64,000 bases of DNA from Nitrosopumilus sp. (GTDB lineage Archaea; Thermoproteota; Nitrososphaeria; Nitrososphaerales; Nitrosopumilaceae), in the NCBI GenBank assembly GCA_965249555.1, contig OZ252243.1, positions 416,001-480,000 of the forward strand. Direction: 5' to 3'. Shown piece after piece: positions 58,628 through 64,000 of the stretch (positions are counted from its first letter, which is position 1; the number at the start of each line of letters is the position of its first letter). The notes under the pieces were generated by a model, which searched no databases, had not been told where the DNA came from, and worked only from the letters and a program-made list of their open reading frames with translations. A program made the position numbers and the translations under genes.

Positions 58628-59416
58628 CTATTTTGATTTCTTGATTCTATACAAATTTTTATCAAGTCGTTTTTTGGCAAATTTGTAATAGTCAGGAACA
58701 ATTTCAAAACCAAGAAATCGTCTGTTAAGGGATTTGCTGACAACTGCTACTTGTCCTGAACCAAGAAATGGATCAAATACAATGTCTTTCTTTTCACTAG
58801 AATATTCCAATAATTTTTTAATTAATTCAGAAGGAAGTTTAGTGGGCGTTTTTTCGTCTCCAGACCAGTATTCTCTTTTGATATTCCATACATCTTCTTT
58901 GTCTTTGTAATGAAGACTTCGTCCATCTTTTGTTTTATCATCTTTTTTGAATCTAGAAAATGGGAAGAATTTTCGTTTCTTATCATCTTTACAAACATAA
59001 AGGCAATGATAGTGAGAAGTGACAAATTTCTTTTTCGTAACTACACCAAACTGATACTTCCAGATAATATGGTTAATAGTAACAAATCCAACATCATCTA
59101 GTGCTTGTAAAATATCTTTGAGGTTATTCCAGCCTGAAAAAACATACATGCTGCCTGAGGATTTTAGAATTCTAAAAACTTCACTCATCCATGCAAATGT
59201 AAAATCATAGTAATCCTCTGGTTTGATTTCTGTATATCCGGATAGAACCCTAGATGAAATTCTGTTATAATTCGCTTTTTTTGCTTTAAAGTTGATGGCA
59301 AAAGGAGGATCAGTTATTACAAGATCAATTTTATTTTTAGGAATTGAATTCATTCCTTCGATACAATTTAAATTATAAATTTTGTTGATTTCGATTTTTT
59401 TCATTTTTAAATTCAA
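58628..59416 (-). CDS. Orphan beta-class N4/N6 DNA methyltransferase
   Basis: TDPPF...PTKLP...FDPFLGSG; no cognate nuclease adjacent. Confidence 0.88.
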   Translation of the reverse strand: MNLKMKKIEINKIYNLNCIEGMNSIPKNKIDLVITDPPFAINFKAKKANYNRISSRVLSGYTEIKPEDYYDFTFAWMSEVFRILKSSGSMYVFSGWNNLKDILQALDDVGFVTINHIIWKYQFGVVTKKKFVTSHYHCLYVCKDDKKRKFFPFSRFKKDDKTKDGRSLHYKDKEDVWNIKREYWSGDEKTPTKLPSELIKKLLEYSSEKKDIVFDPFLGSGQVAVVSKSLNRRFLGFEIVPDYYKFAKKRLDKNLYRIKKSK

Positions 59417-59498
59417 GATTATTTCCTAGCTTAATAATGTCATGGTCAATAGTATTGATTAAACAATAAATCACTAATCATTTCTTATCAAATAGATC

Positions 59499-62009
59499 TT
59501 GAAATTTTCATGTCCAAAATGTAAGTCAAAAATAGAGATTCAAAAAACATTCAACAAAAAAATGCATGTCTCTTGTGGAAAATGCGGTATTGAAGATCTG
59601 CTAGAATTTTCAAAAAATATTGATGAGGTATTTCTTGAATTTCTTTCAAGATTTGATCAGGGTTTAGTCACAGAGAAAGGACTCTCAGAGAATCTAAAAG
59701 AGGAGGGGATTCTCAGAGGAGAAGACGAAATAAAAGAAATGATTGGCAAAAACAAGCCAGATAAAATCACAGAAGAAATTTTATTTTCAAAAAAAGACTA
59801 TATCTCAGAATACAAGGTTTTGAAGAATCCTGAGCCTAAAATGGGCTGTAAAGTTGAAGACTTTGGACTAGATGAATCCATTTCTGATCATCTTAAGGAA
59901 TTAAAGATAGAACAATTTTACAAATTTCAAGAAGAATCAATTCAAGAAATTATCTTTGGAGAAAATGTTGTAATTGAAGCACCTACTGCATCAGGAAAAA
60001 CTGAGGCATTTTTAATTCCAGTGATTCAAAGAATACAAAAAGATGCAAGTGATGGAAATGTCTTTGCAATCTTTGTATATCCTACAAAAGCATTATCGCG
60101 AGATCAATATCCAAAAATTCAAAAATTTGCAGAAAAAATTGGAATCAATGTAAAGATTTTTGATGGAGACACAAAACTAGAAGAGAGGAGAGAAATTATT
60201 GATTCGCCACCTCAGATTTTAGTTACAAATTTTGATATTATACACTATCATCTTTGTCATCAGACAAAATTTTCATCAATATTGTCTTCAACAAGAATTC
60301 TTGTAGTAGATGAAGCACATGTGTATTCAGGAATTTTTGGATCAAATGTTCATTATATAATAAAAAGACTCAAGAGAATTTGTAGTAACAAATTACAGTT
60401 TGTTGCAGCATCAGCTACACTTGATGATGCAAAAAAATTCTGTCAGCAATTGTTTGGAGAAAAAATGAAAATCATTCATGGTTCAGGAAAAAAAGGTCAG
60501 ACAGATTTTGTAATGTTGTTTCCATCACTTAGAACTCAAAGAGCATTGATGGTTGATCTTACAAAGAAATTGACTGAGAAAAATCACAAGACTATGGTCT
60601 TTAACAATTCACATCTAAACTCTGAGCTATTAGCAATACAAGCAAAAAAACAAAAAGTCAACATCAAAGTTCACAGGGCTGGTTTGATGGTAAATTACAG
60701 AACTGCAGTTGAGAAACAATTCAAAGAGGACAGATTACAAGCAATTTCATGCACTCCTACGCTTGAACTAGGCATAGATGTAGGCAATGTTGATTGTGTC
60801 ATATCATCTACCATCCCAGTAAACAGACTAATTCAAAGAATTGGAAGAGCGGCAAGAAAGGGACAAAGAGGATATGCATTTTTGGCATTAGGAAATGATC
60901 CTATTTCCCAATACTACAAAAATCACCCTGATGATTATTTTGAAGACATTGAAAAGACATACATCGACCCCAAAAATCCGTTTGTAGAAGAATTTCAAGT
61001 CTTAGCAATGGCATGTGACAGACCAATTTCCAAACATGAACTAAAAGAACATCAAGAAATAATAGAGTATCACATAATCAATGAAAATTTTCTAGTTGTT
61101 AATAATAGAATTATTCCAAATCTTGAGAAAATTAATTCAATGTTGAATGATTACAGCATTAGAGGGATTGGAAAGTCCATAGATATTTTCCTAAATGAAA
61201 GAAAGGTAGGAGACAGGGTATTGCCGATTGCATTAGAAGAATTACATAAAGATGCAATCTATTTTTTGGCAGGTATACGTTACAAAGTGAAGGAATTTGA
61301 TTATCCCAAAAAAAATTATGCAAAACTTGAAAAAATTCCAAGAGACTATCCATACTATACAAAATCACTTACAGAAGAATGGCCAACAATTGAAACAGTT
61401 TTTGAGAAAAGAGAAGCAAATGGTATAGAAGTGGCATTTTGTAAATTACACATAGAGAAGAAAGTTTATGGTTATGTAAACATGGAACTAGGACAAGAAG
61501 TTACCCAAGGAGAAAAAGTACTGTTAGATACTCCACTAGAATATGATTTTGTTACCAAAGGAATTGTCTTCCATGCACCAAGACCTCTCAAAGTTATGGA
61601 GACGGCAGAAGATGAGGATTATACTGAAGCCAGTGGATATCATGCAACAGAGCATGTCGTAATAGAGGGAAGCAACATGATCACAGGAGGAGTATCTCAA
61701 GATTTGGGAGGCATATCTTTAGGCACCTCAGGCTTGATTTTCATCTATGATGGAGCAATAGGGGGAAGCGGTGCCAGTAAAGCACTGTATGATAGATTTG
61801 AGAAAGCCCTTGAGCGAAGTATGCATATTGTAAAGGAATGTCCATGTGAGAATGAATCTGGATGTCCTAGATGCACGTTCTCATACAGATGCGGAAACAA
61901 TAACGAATACCTGCACAAATATTCTGCATTAGAGATTCTGGAGAGGATTAGTAATGGTGAGAAAACAGAATTGGTAGATCCTACTGAAGGCGACAGACCA
62001 CTAGTATGA
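59499..62009 (+). CDS. DEAH helicase with C-terminal DUF1998-type Zn domain (Hrq1/MrfA-like)
   Basis: PTASGKT, DEAH, SAT, QRIGRAAR, YDGAIGG.G and CPCE..GCPRC..C. Confidence 0.9.
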   Translation: MKFSCPKCKSKIEIQKTFNKKMHVSCGKCGIEDLLEFSKNIDEVFLEFLSRFDQGLVTEKGLSENLKEEGILRGEDEIKEMIGKNKPDKITEEILFSKKDYISEYKVLKNPEPKMGCKVEDFGLDESISDHLKELKIEQFYKFQEESIQEIIFGENVVIEAPTASGKTEAFLIPVIQRIQKDASDGNVFAIFVYPTKALSRDQYPKIQKFAEKIGINVKIFDGDTKLEERREIIDSPPQILVTNFDIIHYHLCHQTKFSSILSSTRILVVDEAHVYSGIFGSNVHYIIKRLKRICSNKLQFVAASATLDDAKKFCQQLFGEKMKIIHGSGKKGQTDFVMLFPSLRTQRALMVDLTKKLTEKNHKTMVFNNSHLNSELLAIQAKKQKVNIKVHRAGLMVNYRTAVEKQFKEDRLQAISCTPTLELGIDVGNVDCVISSTIPVNRLIQRIGRAARKGQRGYAFLALGNDPISQYYKNHPDDYFEDIEKTYIDPKNPFVEEFQVLAMACDRPISKHELKEHQEIIEYHIINENFLVVNNRIIPNLEKINSMLNDYSIRGIGKSIDIFLNERKVGDRVLPIALEELHKDAIYFLAGIRYKVKEFDYPKKNYAKLEKIPRDYPYYTKSLTEEWPTIETVFEKREANGIEVAFCKLHIEKKVYGYVNMELGQEVTQGEKVLLDTPLEYDFVTKGIVFHAPRPLKVMETAEDEDYTEASGYHATEHVVIEGSNMITGGVSQDLGGISLGTSGLIFIYDGAIGGSGASKALYDRFEKALERSMHIVKECPCENESGCPRCTFSYRCGNNNEYLHKYSALEILERISNGEKTELVDPTEGDRPLV

Positions 62010-62051
62010 CAAATCAAAATGGGATAAATATGCCAAAAATTTAGCACATGT

Positions 62052-62882
62052 ATGGAAAAAGTAGCTCTTGTTACTGGTAGTTCATCAGGAATTGGATTAG
62101 AGACGGTATTAGCACTTGCAAGAGATGGTTACCACACTTTTGCAAGTATGAGAGATGTTGGAAAAGCAGGAGAGCTAGAACATGCTGCAAAAAAAGAAAA
62201 CCTCTTGATAGATGTAATAGAGTTAGATGTAGACAAAGAGGAATCAATAGTTTCTGCAATTAACAAAGTATCTACAGATGCTGGAAGGTTAGATGTTTTA
62301 GTAAACAATGCAGGATATGGACAGTTTGGATGCACAGAAGATGTATCAGTTGATGATTTTAGAAAACAGTTTGAGACTAATTTTTTCAGCATTGTAAAAA
62401 TCATTAAAGAGGTAGCTCCAATTATGAGAAAACAGAATTCGGGAATTATTGTAAACATTAGTTCTGTTGTTGGTAGAATGGGATTACCTGGTTCTACAGC
62501 TTATATCAGTACAAAGTTTGCACTAGAAGGATTAAGTGAATGTCTCAGATATGAGCTTGGGCAATTTGGAATTAAAACTACATTAATTGAGCCAGGAGTT
62601 ATCAAGACAAACTTTTTTAATTCAATGAAGATTCCAGAATCAAAAACTGATCCTAAATACAAGACATTAACTGATAACATGCTTGCAGGTCTTAAAATGA
62701 TGGTAGAGATGGGAACTGCACCATCTCAAGTTGCAGATGTAATAATAAAGGCAATTCATGATGATGAGATTTTGCCACGATATATTGTAGGAACTGATGC
62801 GGCCATGTTTTTGGAAGCAAAAAAGACAAAAACAGACATAGAATTTGAGAAATACATGAGTAAGGAGCTATTTACTAGCTGA
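62052..62882 (+). CDS. Short-chain dehydrogenase/reductase
   Basis: TGSSSGIG, NNAG and YISTK. Confidence 0.92.
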   Translation: MEKVALVTGSSSGIGLETVLALARDGYHTFASMRDVGKAGELEHAAKKENLLIDVIELDVDKEESIVSAINKVSTDAGRLDVLVNNAGYGQFGCTEDVSVDDFRKQFETNFFSIVKIIKEVAPIMRKQNSGIIVNISSVVGRMGLPGSTAYISTKFALEGLSECLRYELGQFGIKTTLIEPGVIKTNFFNSMKIPESKTDPKYKTLTDNMLAGLKMMVEMGTAPSQVADVIIKAIHDDEILPRYIVGTDAAMFLEAKKTKTDIEFEKYMSKELFTS

Positions 62883-62959
62883 TGTCGCACTTTTACGTTA
62901 AATTGATATACACATAAGGTACAGTTTTTGTCAAAGTCTACAATTTTAAGGTGAATGAA

Positions 62960-64000
62960 ATGAAATGGAAAACGCTACAACACAATGGAATCTTGTTTCC
63001 TTCTGCATATGAGGCTCAAGGAATCAAGATAAAGATCAAAGGGGAATCAATAGATCTTAACTTAAAACAAGAAGAGATGATTTACCAATGGGCAAAAAAG
63101 AAAGACACCCCATATGCTCAAGATAAGGTATTTCAAAAAAACTTTACAGCGGATTTTGCCAAAACTATGAATTCTAAATTTAAAAAAATTTCATATGAAG
63201 ACATTGATTTTTCTCAAGCTTACAAAATAGTTGACAATAAAAAAGATCTCAAAGAAATGATGACAAAAGAGGAGAAGAAAGAAACTGCTGCAAAAAGAAA
63301 AAAACAGCGAGAGAAACTCAAATCAAAGTATGGGATTGCCATCATGGATGGAAAGAAAGTTGAAGTTGGAAATTACATGGCAGAACCTCCAGGAATCTTC
63401 ATTGGGAGAGGAGAGCACCCAATTAGAGGAAAATGGAAGCCACGTGTTTCTGCAAAAGATGTTACACTAAACCTTGGAAAAGAAGCCAAAGTACCAAAAG
63501 GAGACTGGGGTAAAATTATTCATGACAAAAATTCAATGTGGCTGGCTAGTTGGATGGATTTTCTTACACAGAGAAGAAAGTATGTGTGGCTTGCAGATAG
63601 TTCTGACCTAAAACAAGGCAGAGATAAGGAAAAGTACGAAAAAGCTATCAAGCTTGAAAAAGAGATTGAAAAAATCAAAAAAGCAATGGTCAAAGATATG
63701 AAAGATCCTAAAAAGAGCAATGTTGCTACTGCGTGTTATTTGATTTATAGAACTGCAATGAGAGTTGGAGACGAAAAAGATCCAGATGAAGCAGATACTG
63801 TAGGTGCCACAACTCTAAGAAAAGAACACATCAAAATTACTTCAGATGCAATAGAGTTTGACTTTTTGGGAAAAGACAGCGTAAGATGGCAAGAGACTCT
63901 AAAGGCAGTTGGTGACGATAAACAATTTCAAGAAAATCTCAAAAAATTAATTGAAAAGAAAAAACCAAATGAGGAGATTTTCCACAATATTACATCAAGA
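62960..64000 (+). CDS. DNA topoisomerase IB (eukaryotic-like), 3' end runs off window
   Basis: Manual translation MKWKTLQHNG...EPPGIFIGRGEHP..G...AMRVGDEKD..EADTVGATTLRKEH...FDFLGKDS; not in the ORF track. Confidence 0.95.
   Translation, partial: MKWKTLQHNGILFPSAYEAQGIKIKIKGESIDLNLKQEEMIYQWAKKKDTPYAQDKVFQKNFTADFAKTMNSKFKKISYEDIDFSQAYKIVDNKKDLKEMMTKEEKKETAAKRKKQREKLKSKYGIAIMDGKKVEVGNYMAEPPGIFIGRGEHPIRGKWKPRVSAKDVTLNLGKEAKVPKGDWGKIIHDKNSMWLASWMDFLTQRRKYVWLADSSDLKQGRDKEKYEKAIKLEKEIEKIKKAMVKDMKDPKKSNVATACYLIYRTAMRVGDEKDPDEADTVGATTLRKEHIKITSDAIEFDFLGKDSVRWQETLKAVGDDKQFQENLKKLIEKKKPNEEIFHNITSR

Noticed and set aside
58628-62009. MTase plus DUF1998 helicase as a DISARM/Druantia-like system
   Set aside because: Divergent orientation, housekeeping neighbours and no other system genes; fits an orphan MTase and a Hrq1-like repair helicase.
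62960-64000. Eukaryote-like topoisomerase IB as contamination or recent transfer
   Set aside because: Known hallmark of Thaumarchaeota; composition matches flanking genes.

Overview
AT-rich archaeal chromosome segment of an ammonia-oxidising Nitrosopumilus-like thaumarchaeon (Nitrososphaerota). Markers are NirK, the 3-hydroxypropionyl-CoA synthetase/dehydratase pair, topoisomerase IB, divergent FtsZ and the LysW-dependent lys/arg cluster. Three accessory islands interrupt the housekeeping backbone. (1) ~909-4405: a doubly frameshifted tyrosine integrase, a two-gene cassette (P-loop NMP-kinase-like/nucleotide N-glycosidase fusion plus a YwgA/DarG-C/Panacea-like protein) and an HsdM fragment; it appears inserted into the first codons of rpl15e, cutting the gene off from its structured leader. 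(2) ~12950-19720, between ftsZ and rpl31e: a decayed IS1595-family element, a type III R-M pair, a wHTH regulator with an operator-like palindrome and a nuclease remnant. (3) 36086-42490: a 6.4 kb island bounded by a 14-bp direct repeat in the 3' end of the homocitrate synthase gene, holding four PD-(D/E)xK/Mrr nucleases, RelE-like and PaREP1-HEPN modules and tandem tRNA-like repeats. The best candidate for an undescribed system is the kinase-glycosidase cassette in island 1. No CRISPR array, rRNA or intact tRNA was seen. All family calls come from reading motifs by eye; no searches were run.
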